Of a stretch of 64,000 bases of DNA, positions 1 to 12,982 are shown piece by piece. The number at the start of each line of letters is the position of its first letter. Within the stretch, counting starts at the first letter, position 1. The notes below the pieces were generated by a model. The model ran no database searches and was not told the DNA's origin. It was given only the letters and a program-made list of their open reading frames with translations. A program made the position numbers and the translations under genes. Source of the stretch: Nemertoderma westbladi (taxonomy: Eukaryota; Animalia; Xenacoelomorpha); contig JAUCBJ010000097.1 in NCBI GenBank assembly GCA_032718475.1, positions 32,889 through 96,888 of the forward strand. The letters are read 5' to 3'.

Positions 1-97
1 TATGGCCTTCTGGTCTGTTATGTTCTTAGAATATTGGAAGCGGACCTGCGCTGCATTGAGTTACCGGTGGGATTGTTGGGAATATGAGGATGAAGAG
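1..97 (+). CDS. ANO: Anoctamin/TMEM16 exon (5'-truncated by window edge)
   Basis: From nt 2 translates MAFWSVMFLEYWKRTCAALSYRWDCWEYEDEE (anoctamin FLEYWKR motif); GT donor at 98. Confidence 0.9.
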
Positions 98-322
98 GTT
101 ACTGGAATTAATTACAATCAATAAGTTAATAATTAATTAAGATTTTTTTTTCAATAATGATATCTTATTATAGCATTAAGTATATTATATATATACGTGT
201 GATATATTAATTATTGTAGCCCGTGTAAAGAAGTTGCACTCTGTGCGTTAAATTATTAAGAAACCTGATAACATTGGAGTTGGTTGTTATTATAATTACC
301 GATTCGTATTTATCCGATGTAG

Positions 323-460
323 GAAAAACCTCGGCCGGAATTCGCTGCATTGGCTCCTGTTATGGAGAGAAACCCGATAACCGGAATGAAAGAACCTGCC
401 TTCCCCAAGAAGAGCAAGTTAATGAGAGTTATTACTGGGCTGTCTGTCATTGTAGTTATG
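323..460 (+). CDS. ANO: Anoctamin exon
   Basis: AG acceptor 321-322; EKPRPEFAALAPVMERNPITGMKEPAFPKKSKLMRVITGLSVIVVM; GTTAGT donor; phase 0/0 fits neighbouring exons. Confidence 0.9.
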
Positions 461-504
461 GTTAGTAAGTTTATTATTCAAGTTAATAAAACTTACTAAG
501 TACT

Positions 505-812
505 ACAGCTACTACTAGGTCGAGCGAACTCGGACAGTGGAAATGAGATCCTTCCAGGCTTCCCGAGTCTCCAACTACTACTAGGTCGAGCGAACTCGGA
601 CAGTGGAAATGAGATCCTTCCAGGCTTCCCGATTCTCCATAGTTGTCGCAATTTCGTTTCTCCCAAGTTCAGTATCCCTTTCAAGTTGATCTATATATGT
701 TATGGCAGGTCGTCCACGACTACGCTTTCCATGAGTTGGTTGCCAGAGAAGTAGATCTGGTATGACCTCGTCTTTACTTCGCCAGCAGTGCCCACTGAAT
801 CTCAATCTGCAA
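505..812 (-). mobile_element. 3' fragment of RTE-like LINE (family A) with duplicated 3' end and (TAG)n tail
   Basis: RLRFSGHCWR...LLLWQP...GRPAITYIDQL matches the RTE-type ORF C-terminus; ~55 bp repeated at 511 and 578. Confidence 0.75.
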
Positions 813-949
813 TAACGTGAATAGTGGTTTATACAGGTTGTATTATTGTACCATAAAGCCCGGCATTTCTCGTGTTTAGGGCTGCCCTTAGTCGTCTTGT
901 GTAGCAACAATTATAATATATATATTTTTTTTTAATGGTGGTAACTAAT

Positions 950-1040
950 GTGGAACATTATTTTCGCTAATCGAGATTGTTCAATTACCGAGCGTAGCGA
1001 GGTTAATGAGGTTAGCGAGGTTAATAAAGAATCGAGAATT
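950..1040. repeat. Short dispersed repeat, second copy at ~63690-63770
   Basis: Both copies share gaacatt..tttc.cta.tcgagat...ttaccgagcgtagcgaggttaat...aaagaatcgaga. Confidence 0.6.
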
Positions 1041-1786
1041 ATTTTCACGTCATTATTTATAAAATAGTTTCATTTAGCAAATGGTAAATTATGCATAATG
1101 GTAAACACGAAATGGTTAAATTTTGCTTATTCTATGATTTTATGATTCTAGAAAAATTTTTTAAAGTTGACTAATTTTATTAGAAATTATTTGTTATGTG
1201 TAATACATTGTTTAATTAGCTCAATTTTCAGGCTAGCTAGCGATTTTGCAAGATAGTTATTATTTTTTGAAAAATAAATTTAACCATTCGTTATAATTCG
1301 TTATATATAATTCGTTATAATCGTTATAGGCTATTATGTTTTTGATTAACCCCCAGACCCCCCCCCCCCCCCGCCTTAAAACAATTTAAAATATCAGTAA
1401 CCGTGATTCTAACACAAATAAACATTTAAAATTACAATTGTAAATTAATACTATCCTATTATATTGTCCTACTATAATCTGGTATATTAAATCTTTGTGA
1501 AACGGCTGGAACTTTGTCGGTGTCCCCCATGGGAGATGAAAAGTAATCAGTTGTGTTTTAAGTTCTTAATAAGTTTTTTTGTACCTTTTGAGAGCCAGAT
1601 TACAGCAAATTCCAGTCGCAACCACTATAAAGCCGGTAAATTACTTAATATAATTAATTGTATTTAAAAGCAAAGCCTTTATATAATGCTTTCTGGTATA
1701 CTACTGACAAACTATAGCAAAAAATCAATAAATACTAAATTACTCGATTCGAAACAAAGGAATTTATTCCTGTGATCAAGAAATAA

Positions 1787-2795
1787 TACTACTACGATCG
1801 GCATGCTGCATTGCAGCTGCATTATATATATAGATATATATATATAATACAAAATTGTATAAATTTTAAAACTCAAATATAGATAAATTCAACCACAGTG
1901 TGCGTGATCCGGTCAATTTATAATAATAATAAATTGAAATAAATAATTTGCGAAATAAATTTATCTTTTTAAAAACAGCGGGATATTGGTCTCCTTATTA
2001 TTTACTTCAAAATTTATTATTATTATATATATTGCATATAAATTAAGAATGCTGTGCCGGAATGTCGACAAAATTGCGCCGCCACAACTCCCTATCACCC
2101 ATGACATTTGCTAGATCATCCGCATCTTCAAGGCCAGTGTCCTTTAAGATGCGTCTCAAGAAAGTCATGGGCTGTCCACCATGCTTATTCACTCCATGAG
2201 GCTGCCAAAGTACAAGATTATGCACTGCCTGGTCCTCACGGCGAAAGCAATGTCCTGCAAAGCGGAGGCGTCGTTGTTCTAGTGTCAAGCTTGGGGGAAC
2301 CAATGAGTCACCTCCAATGTTATATAGTGTCTGGTTGGAGATGTGTGCATTGTACTTGACACAATGAACCCGGCGTAGCATTCTTGTGAATGTGCCATCC
2401 AGAGATTTGGTGTCCTCAGCAGTTAGAGCCCAGCATGGACTCTCGTAGAGGTGTACTGGAACTACTGCTGCTCTAAATAATCGGACCTTAAGTTTCCGAT
2501 TAATTCTCGGTGACTTCCAAATCCTGGAAAGCCTATTCAAGGCTGCCGATTCCTTTCCCTTACGTATTCGAAGGTCCTCACCTGACTTCCGGATCCATGA
2601 TCCCAGGTAACAGAAGTCGTCCACATGCTCAAGCATACCATCCTTTGAGCTTATGCTCATCCGATCAGAGACTTGCTGAGGACTTTCAAAGTTAACTGTC
2701 AACATTTTGGTCTTTTTGGAGTTAATGAAAACACCAACACTAGAAGCAGCATGTTCTAATGAGCTGAGGAGCCGTTGGGCTCCCTCTAGTAATTC
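1787..2795 (-). mobile_element. 5'-truncated RTE-like LINE (family B); ~220-bp AT-rich insert between ORF stop and 3' UTR
   Basis: ORF 2043-2819 (VDDFCYLGS, RLRFAGHC); 3' UTR/tail at 1787-1823 is the reverse complement of 60239-60283. Confidence 0.85.
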
Positions 2796-3261
2796 CATCA
2801 AGAGAAACTGGTACTCCAAAACGTCGTTAAATAATAAAGTTTTTCGCCTTTAATTTCGATTTAGTATCAAATCATTTGAATTTGATTACTAGATAGATTG
2901 CCATATATTTTTCCTATGATATTACATTGTCTATGGAATATTAAATATATATTAAGATAATTGTGATTGGCTTCGACTTGCACAATTTATAATCTATAAA
3001 AATATATATATTCTATATTTTATATTTATATTTCGTTATATTACATTTTTCAATAAATATATATAACACTCAAAGTAACGTAAAAAATAGCTACTTCTGC
3101 AAATTCTGGAAAAAAATTAATAAATTATATTATTATTATTTATATTATTTTTTTATATTTTTATTTATTTTTAATATTATATTTTATTTATTTTTAATAT
3201 TATATTTTATTTATTATATATATTTATTTAAATTAATAAAATATATTTAACTTTATTTCAG

Positions 3262-3463
3262 ATGGCAATTGTTGTAATTTTCCTCATCGGAGTGGTTCTG
3301 TATCGAGCCCTTATAATGATTCCTTTGTTCCAATCTAAGAACCAGGTTCTACGACACCAGGCCCAGAATATATCCAACCTCACTGGAGCCGTGGTACAAC
3401 TTATACTTATATTGATATTTAGTGTCGTTTATCAGAAGGTTGCTCTTAGACTAACTCAATGGG
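3262..3463 (+). CDS. ANO: Anoctamin exon (TM segments)
   Basis: TTTCAG acceptor; MAIVVIFLIGVVLYR...YQKVALRLTQW+G; GTAAGT donor at 3464. Confidence 0.93.
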
Positions 3464-3586
3464 GTAAGTTGACTTTAATCGAACTATTTACACTTTTTAT
3501 TATAATTTTAGTTGTTTAAACAATTAATTAATTCCTCACGAATTAAATATCAGGTTATACAGATACTAATGATTTCTTTGTTGTTA

Positions 3587-6500
3587 GTGTAGTTCTTATT
3601 GCATGTACGTACAGTGTGTGTACGTGTAGTTCTTATTGCATGTACGTACAGTGTGTGTACGTGTAGTTCTTATTGCATGTACGTACAGTGTGTGTACGTG
3701 TATTTCTTATTGCATGTACGTACAGTGTGTGTACGTGTAGTTCTTATTGCATGTACGTACAGTATGTGTACGTGTAGTTCTTATTGCATGTACGTACAGT
3801 ATGTGTACGTGTAGTTCTTATTGCATGTACGTACAGTGTGTGTACGTGTAGTTCTTATTGTGTGTACGTACAGTATGTGTACGTGTAGTTCTTATTGCAT
3901 GTACGTACAGTGTGTGTACGTGTATTTCTTATTGCATGTACGTACAGTGTGTGTACGTGTATTTCTTATTGCATGTACGTACAGTGTGTGTACGTGTAGT
4001 TCTTATTGCATGTACGTACAGTGTGTGTACGTGTAGTTCTTATTGCATGTACGTTCGGTATGTGTACGTGTAGTTCTTATTGCATGTACGTACAGTGTGT
4101 GTACGTGTAGTTCTTATTGCATGTACGTACAGTGTGTGTACGTGTAGTTCTTATTGCATGTACGTACAGTATGTGTACGTGTAGTTCTTAATGCATGTAC
4201 GTTCGGTATGTGTACGTGTAGTTCTTATTGCATGTACGTACAGTGTGTGTACGTGTAGTTCTTATTGCATGTACGTACAGTGTGTGTACGTGTAGTTCTT
4301 ATTGCATGTACGTTCAGTATGTGTACGTGTAGTTCTTATTGCATGTACGTTCGGTATGTGTACGTGTAGTTCTTATTGCATGTACGTACAGTGTGTGTAC
4401 GTGTAGTTCTTATTGCATGTACGTACAGTATGTGTACGTGTGGTTCTTATTGCATGTACGTACAGTATGTGTACGTGTAGTTCTTATTGCATGTACGTAC
4501 AGTATGTGTACGTGTAGTTCTTATTGCATGTACGTACAGTGTGTGTACGTGTAGTTCTTATTGCATGTACGTTCGGTATGTGTACGTGTAGTTCTTATTG
4601 CATGTACGTACAGTGTGTGTACGTGTGGTTCTTATTGCATGTACGTACAGTGTGTGTACGTGTAGTTCTTATTGCATGTACGTACAGTATGTGTACGTGT
4701 AGTTCTTATTGCATGTACGTACAGTGTGTGTACGTGTAGTTCTTATTGCATGTACGTACAGTATGTGTACGTGTAGTTCTTATTGCATGTACGTACAGTA
4801 TGTGTACGTGTAGTTCTTATTGCATGTACGTACGTACAGTGTGTGTACGTGTAGTTCTTATTGCATGTACGTTCGGTATGTGTACGTGTAGTTCTTATTG
4901 CATGTACGTACAGTATGTGTACGTGTAGTTCTTATTGCATTTACGTTCAGTGTGTGTACGTGTAGTTCTTATTGCATGTACGTTCGGTATGTGTACGTGT
5001 AGTTCTTATTGCATGTACGTACAGTATGTGTACGTGTAGTTCTTATTGCATGTACGTACAGTGTGTGTACGTGTAGTTCTTATTGCATGTACGTTCGGTA
5101 TGTGTACGTGTAGTTCTTATTGCATGTACGTACAGTATGTGTACGTGTAGTTCTTATTGCATGTACGTTCAGTATGTGTACGTGTAGTTCTTATTGCATG
5201 TACGTACAGTGTGTGTACGTATAGTTCTTATTGCATGTACGTACAGTATGTGTACGTGTAGTTCTTATTGCATGTACGTACAGTGTGTGTACGTGTAGTT
5301 CTTATTGCATGTACGTACAGTGTGTGTACGTGTAGTTCTTATTGCATGTACGTTCAGTATGTGTACGTGTAGTTCTTATTGCATGTACGTACAGTGTGTG
5401 TACGTGTAGTTCTTATTGCATGTACGTACAGTGTGTGTACGTGTAGCTCTTATTGCATGTACGTTCAGTATGTGTACGTGTAGTTCTTATTGCATGTACG
5501 TACAGTGTGTGTACGTGTAGTTCTTATTGCATGTACGTACAGTGTGTGTACGTGTAGTTCTTATTGCATGTACGTACAGTATGTGTACGTGTAGTTCTTA
5601 TTGCATGTACGTTCAGTATGTGTACGTGTAGTTCTTATTGCATGTACGTTCAGTATGTGTACGTGTAGTTCTTATTGCATGTACGTACAGTATGTGTACG
5701 TGTGGTTCTTATTGCATGTACGTACAGTATGTGTACGTGTAGTTCTTATTGCATGTACGTACAGTATGTGTACGTGTAGTTCTTATTGCATGTACGTACA
5801 GTGTGTGTACGTGTAGTTCTTATTGCATGTACGTACAGTATGTGTACGTGTAGTTCTTATTGCATGTACGTACAGTATGTGTACGTGTAGTTCTTATTGC
5901 ATGTACGTACAGTGTGTGTACGTGTAGTTCTTATTGCATGTACGTTCGGTATGTGTACGTGTAGTTCTTATTGCATGTACGTTCGGTATGTGTACGTGTA
6001 GTTCTTATTGCATGTACGTACAGTGTGTGTACGTGTAGTTCTTATTGCATGTACGTACAGTATGTGTACGTGTAGTTCTTATTGCATGTACGTACAGTGT
6101 GTGTACGTGTAGTTCTTATTGCATGTACGTACAGTGTGTGTACGTGTAGTTCTTATTGCATGTACGTACAGTGTGTGTACGTGTAGTTCTTATTGCATGT
6201 ACGTACAGTGTGTGTACGTGTAGTTCTTATTGCATGTACGTTCAGTATGTGTACGTGCAGTTCTTATTGCATGTACGTACAGTATGTGTACGTGTAGTTC
6301 TTATTGCATGTACGTACAGTGTGTGTACGTGTAGTTCTTATTGCATGTACGTACAGTGTGTGTACGTGTAGTTCTTATTGCATGTACGTACAGTGTGTGT
6401 ACGTGTAGTTCTTATTGCATGTACGTACAGTGTGTGTACGTGTAGTTCTTATTGTGTGTACGTACAGTATGTGTACGTGTACTTCTTATTGCATGTACGT

Positions 6501-7088
6501 ACAGTGTGTGTACGTGTAGTTCTTATTGCATGTACGTTCGGTATGTGATCGTGTAGTTCTTATTGCATGTACGTACAGTATGTGTACGTGTAGTTCTTAT
6601 TGTGTGTACGTACAGTATGTGTACGTGCAGTTCTTATTGCATGTACGTACAGTATGTGTACGTGTAGTTCTTATTGTGTGTACGTACAGTATGTGTACGT
6701 GTAGTTCTTATTGCATGTACGTACAGTGTGTGTACGTGTAGTTCTTATTGCATGTACGTACAGTGTGTGTACGTGTAGTTCTTATTGTGTGTACGTACAG
6801 TATGTGTACGTGTAGTTCTTATTGCATGTACGTACAGTGTGTGTACGTGTAGTTCTTATTGCATGTACGTTCGGTATGTGTACGTCTAGTTCTTATTGCA
6901 TGTACGTACAGTATGTGTACGTGTAGTTCTTATTGTGTGTACGTACAGTACAGTATGTGTACGTGTAGTTCTTATTGCATGTACGTACAGTATGTGTACG
7001 TGTAGTTCTTATTGTGTGTACGTACAGTATGTGTACGTGTAGTTCTTATTGTGTGTACGTACAGTATGTGTACGTGTAGTTCTTATTG
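3587..7088. repeat. 37-bp minisatellite, ~95 copies
   Basis: Unit GTGTAGTTCTTATTGCATGTACGTACAGT(G/A)TGTGTAC. Confidence 0.97.
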
Positions 7089-7193
7089 AGACGCATCTTA
7101 AAAGCACATTGGCCTTGAAGATGCGGATAATCCCATATGGGATAGGGAGTTTTGGCGGCGCAATTATGTCGATAAGCCGGCATAGAATTCTTA
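7086..7193 (+). mobile_element. ~110-bp 3' fragment of RTE-like family B
   Basis: Matches 60121-60237 (gagacgcatcttaaa...ggccttgaagatgcggat...ggcggcgcaatt...ttctta). Confidence 0.8.
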
Positions 7194-7292
7194 TTGCACC
7201 ATATTATATATTCCATATTATGGAAACCAATTAGATAGTCAGATAGAGACACAAGTTACAATTCCCTAGTATTATATTCTTATTTTTTTTAG

Positions 7293-7459
7293 AAATGCAC
7301 CGCACGCAGTCGGAGTTTGAAAGCAACTACACATTTAAGGTGTTTATATTCCAGTTCGTAAATTTCTATTCTTCCATTATCTATATCGCCTTCTTCAAGG
7401 GAAAGTTTGTCGGTTATCCAGGGCATTACAACCAGTTGTTTGGCCTCAGAAGCGAAGAG
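7293..7459 (+). CDS. ANO: Anoctamin exon
   Basis: Poly-T/AG acceptor; (E)[55 protein letters not shown]; GTAGGT donor. Confidence 0.95.
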
Positions 7460-7650
7460 GTAGGTTATTAACAATCAGTTATTATGTCTCAGAAATAGCA
7501 CTCTAGCAAGTATATTTGTCGTTAATGTCGAGTAGTACTTTGCACCAAATTAATTCACACAATTAATTGAATTGTATACTTATTATTTTAAACAAAGCTG
7601 GCAAACAGTGGAGCAAACTGGAGGCGACCTAACGGCTCCTCGTTCGATAG

Positions 7651-10600
7651 CTGCTACCCGAAGGTAGGGGTGGGCGCTACTCCTATCTGCTACCCGAAGG
7701 TAGGGGTGGGCGCTACTTCTATCTGCTACCCGAAGGTAGGGGTGGGCGCTACTCCTATCTGCTACCCGAAGGTAGGGGTGGGCGCTACTCCTATCTGGTA
7801 CCCGAGGGTAGGGGTGGGAGCTACTCCTATCTGGCACCCGAAGGTAGGGGTGGGCGCCACTCCTATCTGCTACCCGAAGGTGGGGGAGGGCGCTACTCCT
7901 ATCTGCTACCCGAAGGTAGGGGTGGGCGCTACTCCTATCTGCTACCATAAGGTAGGGGTGGACGCTACTCCTATCTGCTACCCGAAGGTAAGGGATGGCG
8001 CTACTTCTATCTGCTACCCGAAGGTAGGGGTGGGCGCTACTCCTGTCTGCTACCATAAGGTAGGGGTGGGCGCTATTCCTATCTGCTACCCGAAAGTAGG
8101 GGAGGGCGCTACTCCTATCTGCTACCCAAAGGTAGGGGTCGGCGCTACTCCTATCTGCTACCCGAAGGTAGGGGTGGAAGCTACTCCTATCTGGTACCCG
8201 AGGGTAGGGGTGGGCGCTACTCCTATCTGCTACCCGAAGGTAGGGGTGGGCGCTACTCCTATCTGCTACCCGAAGGTAGGGGTGGGCGCTACTCCTATCT
8301 GCTACCCGAAGGTAGGGGTGAGCGCTACTCCTATCTGGTACCCGAGGGTAGGGGTGGGCGCTACTCCTATCTGCTACCCGAAGGTAGGGGTGGGCGCTAC
8401 TCCTATCTGGTACCCGAGGGTAGGGGTGGGCGCTACTCCTATCTGCTACCCGAAGGTAGGGGTGGGCGCTACTCCTATCTGCTACCCGAAGGTGGGGGAG
8501 GGCGCTACTCATATCTGCTACCCGAAGGTAGGGGTGGGCGCTACTCCTATCTACTACCCGAATGTAGGGATGGGCGCTACTCCTATCTGCTAACCGAAGG
8601 TAGGGGTGGGCGCTACTCCTATCTGGTACCCGAGGGTAGGGGTGGGCGCTACTCCTATCTGGTACCCGAATGTAGGGATGGGCGCTACTCCTATCTGCTA
8701 TCCGAAGGTTGGGGTGGACGCTACTCCTATCTGGTACCCGAGGGTAGGGGTGAGCGCTACTCCTATCTGCTACCCGAAGGTATGGGAGGGCGCTACTCCT
8801 ATCTGCTACCCGAAGGTAGGGGTGGGCGCTACTCCTATCTGGTACCCGAAGGTAGGGGTAAGCGCTACTCATATCTGCTACCCGAAAGTAGGGGTGGGCG
8901 CTACTCCTATCTGCTACCCGAAGGTAGGGGTGGGCGCTACTCCTATCTGCTACCCGAAGGTAGGGTTCTGCGCTACTCCTATCTGCTACCCGAAGGTAGG
9001 GGTGGGCGCTACTCCTATCTGCTACCCGAAGGTAGGGGTGGGCGCTACTCCTATCTGCTACCCGAATGTAGGGATGGGCGCTACTCCTATCTGCTACCCG
9101 AGAGTAAGAGTGGGAGCTACTCCTATCTGCTACCCGAATGTAGGGGTGGGCGCTACTCCTATCTGCTACCCGAAGGTAGGGGTGGGCGCTACTCCTATCT
9201 GCAACCCGAAGGTAGGGGTGGGCGCTACTCCTATCTGCTACCCGAAGGTATGGGTGGGCGCTACTCCTATCTGCTACCCGAATGTAGGGGTGGGCGCTAC
9301 TCCTATCTGCTACCATAAGGTAGGGGTGGGCGCTACTCCTATCTGCTACCATAAGGTAGGGGTGGGCGCTACTCCTATCTGCTACCCGAAGGTAGGGGTG
9401 GGCGCTACTCCTATCTGCTACCCGAAGGTAGGGGTGGGCGCTATTCCTATGTGCTACCCGAAGGTAGGGATGGGCGCTACTCCTACCTGCTACCCGAAGG
9501 TAGGGGTGGGAGCTACTCATATCTGCTACCCGAAGGTAGGGGTGGGCGCTACTCCTATATGCTACCCGAAGGTAGGGGTGGGCGCTACTCCTATCTGCTA
9601 CCATAAGGTTGGGGTCGACGCTACTCCTATCTGCTACCCGAAGGTAGGGGAGGGCGCCACTCCTATCTGCTACCCGAAGGTGGGGGAGGGCGCTACTCCT
9701 ATCTGCTACCCGAAGGTAGGGGTGGGGCTACTCCTATCTGCTACCATAAGGTAGGGGTGGACGCTACTCCTATCTGCTACCCGAAGGTAAGGGATGGCGC
9801 TACTTCTATCTGCTACCCGAAGGTAGGGGTGGGCGCTACTCCTGTCTGCTACCATAAGGTAGGGGTGGGCGCTATTCCTATCTGCTACCCGAAAGTAGGG
9901 GAGGGCGCTACTCCTATCTGCTACCCAAAGGTAGGGGTCGGCGCTACTCCTATCTGCCACCCGAAGGTAGGGGTGGAAGCTATTCCTATCTGCTACCCGA
10001 AGGTAGGGGTGGGCGCTACTCCTATCTGCTACCCGAAGGTAGGGGTGAGCGCTACTCCTATCTGGTACCCGAGGGTAGGGGTGGGCGCTACTCCTATCTG
10101 CTACCCGAAGGTAGGGGTGGGCGCTACTCCTATCTGGTACCCGAGGGTAGGGGTGGGCGCTACTCCTATCTGCTACCCGAAGGTAGGGGTGGGCGCTACT
10201 CCTATTTGCTACCCGAAGGTGGGGGAGGGCGCTACTCCTATCTGCTACCCTGAAGGTAGGGGTGGGCGCTACTCCTATCTACTACCCGAATGTAGGGATG
10301 GGCGCTACTCCTATCTGCTAACCGAAGGTAGGGGTGGGCGCTACTCCTATCTGCTATCCGAAGGTTGGGGTGGACGCTACTCCTATCTGCTACCCGAAGG
10401 TAGGGGTAAGCGCTACTCATATCTGCTACCCGAAAGTAGGGGTGGGCGCTACTCCTATCTGCTACCCGAAGGTAGGGGTGGGCGCTACTCCTATCTGCTA
10501 CCCGAAGGTAGGGTTCTGCGCTACTCCTATCTGCTACCCGAAGGTAGGGGTGGGCGCTACTCCTATCTGCTACCCGAAGGTAGGGGTGGGCGCTACTCCT

Positions 10601-11462
10601 ATCTGCTACCCGAATGTAGGGATGGGCGCTACTCCTATCTGCTACCCGAGAGTAAGAGTGGGAGCTACTCCTATCTGCTACCCGAGGGTAGGTGTGGGCG
10701 CTACTCCTATCTGCTCGGAAGGTAGGGGTGGGCGCTACTCCTATCTGCTACCCGAAGGTAGGGGTGGGCGCTACTCCTATCTGCTACCCGAATGTAGGGG
10801 TGGGCGCTACTCCTATCTGCTACCCGAAGGTAGGGGTGGGCGCTACTCCTATCTGCAACCCGAAGGTAGGGGTGGGCGCTACTCCTATCTGCTACCCGAA
10901 GGTATGGGTGGGCGCTACTCCTATCTGCTACCCGAATGTAGGGGTGGGCGCTACTCCTATCTGCTAACCGAAGGTAGGGGTGGGCGCTACTCCTATCTGC
11001 TATCCGAAGGTTGGGGTGGACGCTACTCCTATCTGCTACCCGAAGGTAGGGGTAAGCGCTACTCATATCTGCTACCCGAAAGTAGGGGTGGACGCTACTC
11101 CTATCTGGTACCCGAGGGTAGGGGTGGGCGCTACTCCTATCTGCTACCCGAAGGTAGGGGAGGGCGCTACTCCCTGCTACCCGAAGGTAGGGGTGGGCGC
11201 TACTCCTATCTGCTACCCGAAGGTAGGGGTGGGCGCTACTCCTATCTGCTACCCGAAGATAGGGGTGGGCGCTACCCCTACCTGCTCCCCGAAGGTAGGG
11301 GTGGGCGCTACTCCTATCTACTACACGAATGTAGGGATGGACGCTACTCCTATCTGCTACCCGAAGGTAGGGGTGGACGCTACTCCTATCTGGTACCCGA
11401 GGGTAGGGGTGGGAGCTACTCCTATCTGGTACCCGAGGGTAGGGGTGGGCGCTACTCCTATA
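7651..11462. repeat. 36-bp minisatellite, ~105 copies
   Basis: Unit CTGCTACCCGAAGGTAGGGGTGGGCGCTACTCCTAT. Confidence 0.97.
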
Positions 11463-11607
11463 CCAAGTTTTGCTCCCAGTAATTCAACTGGTAATCATTT
11501 TATAGACCCCAGCGGATGAAAGGCTGATTGGATCCAGGCTGGGTTCGAACCTGCAACCAATAGATTGTAATCTCGGCGCTTAACCAACTGAGCTAGCTTG
11601 TCCGCCC
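11463..11607 (-). mobile_element. tRNA-derived SINE head and central domain
   Basis: Minus-strand A box TAGCTCAGTTGG and B box GGTTCGAACCC, then TCAGCCTTTCATCCGCTGGGGTCTATAAAATGATTACCAG, resembling a conserved SINE central domain. Confidence 0.75.
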
Positions 11608-11675
11608 ATATATTATATTGATTTTTACCTATATATATTTATTATTTTTAATCGGTTCCTATTTTTCTATTTCAG

Positions 11676-11773
11676 TGTGGAAATGGAGGTTGTCTTGTGG
11701 AATTAGCGCAGCAACTTGCAATTATTATGATAGGAAAACAATTCGTAAACAACTGCCAAGAAGTTTTTGTGCC
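11676..11773 (+). CDS. ANO: Anoctamin exon
   Basis: TTTCAG acceptor; CGNGGCLVELAQQLAIIMIGKQFVNNCQEVFV(P); GTGAGT donor. Confidence 0.95.
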
Positions 11774-11810
11774 GTGAGTAATAATTGGTACTCTATACAC
11801 TAAGACTTAT

Positions 11811-12982
11811 TGTAAAAGCTTTTGTGGGATAACTGATTCGTTTGCCTTGCTAACCAGTTCCCCCCAGTCGCTAGAATACTCTAAAAAGGGATCTATAACT
11901 CGAATAGCGCAAGCTACCGGCTGATTGGCTGATTCGCTGTGCGAAGGGATCTGGGCTACGTTTGATTGTCCAACCAGCTTGGGAAAGTATCTGCCTATAG
12001 GATTTGAGTTGATTTTGATTTCGACCTATCACAGATCTGCTGAACTGAATTTTCCTATCTTTATGCTCTTTCTCTGTGTTGGGTGGAAGCCTTTGTAAAT
12101 AAGGTTATTCTTATCAGTTTTCAGTGTTGTTGGTCTTTCTTTCCTAAGCCAGGAGAGAACGGCTTGTAAATATTTTGTGCTTTTCTGTTTTAGTCTAACA
12201 CTAGTAGGCTTAATTATAAAGGGCATATATCCGTTATCAAACTGATGCACAACACTTAATATCAAACTAATGAACTTAACGCACACTGAATTACTGTGCA
12301 TACTTTTATATTGTTATACTGCTATTTACTGTCAGTTCTTCATAATATGGTTGATGAATTATTATATTTGGAATAACGATAAATAACCCCGAAACCCAAT
12401 ATTCTTGATATACCGAAGGTAAGAGAGAAAGGTTACATATAACGATTGTGACTTATGTTAAAGTGGTTTGAAGTGAATCTAATGTTATTTGATAGACCCT
12501 ACATGAGTCGGTCCGTGTTCCTTTTATATATAACTAAAATCAGTGAAGATCGGCAGATCAGTGTGCAGTATTGTGCAGCATCGTGTATGAGTGATACTGA
12601 TAACGAAGCATTTCCTAAAGAATGCGCCATATATGTGAATTATAACTAAGCCATATCGTTGTGAGTAGTTTAAGTCATAACTCTGTTTATATAGATAGAG
12701 CGCCACGTCCTAAAGGAACTGTTAATATTCCCCGAAGGTGAATAATATTGTCAGAGATTATATAATACTGTCAGTCGAATAATACATTAGGCTTACATAG
12801 CAATAAAATTTAAGCCGTCGAACCCAATCTCCCGGGTATATCCAGCGGGTGAATGATCGCGCACTGATTGGTTTCGACTAGTGTAGTGAATTAAATACTT
12901 GTCATAGACTAAAGGTGATTTATTATCTAGAAGACATCCTAATTTGGCGGGTTAAACTGCCAAAGGTCTAAAAGCGCGAACA
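11811..12982 (+). repeat. 5' LTR of BEL element
   Basis: Direct repeat of 36629-37800; three substitutions seen by eye. Confidence 0.97.

Noticed and set aside
3587-7088. CRISPR-like appearance of 36-37-bp repeats; Cys-rich 71-aa ORFs
   Set aside because: Units are head-to-tail with no spacers, there are no cas genes, and the context is a eukaryotic intron
7583-11519. Long repetitive ORFs on both strands
   Set aside because: By-product of a stop-free 36-bp unit; frameshifts are tolerated; lies in an anoctamin intron
11530-11607. tRNA gene
   Set aside because: A and B boxes are present but the acceptor and anticodon stems are poor and the sequence continues into a SINE body
12215-12220. TATAAA as the LTR TATA box
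   Set aside because: Possible, but it overlaps the PBS-pairing segment and cannot be assigned without TSS data
12029-12706. Short ORFs duplicated at 36847-37524
   Set aside because: They recur only because they lie in the LTRs; no recognisable motifs
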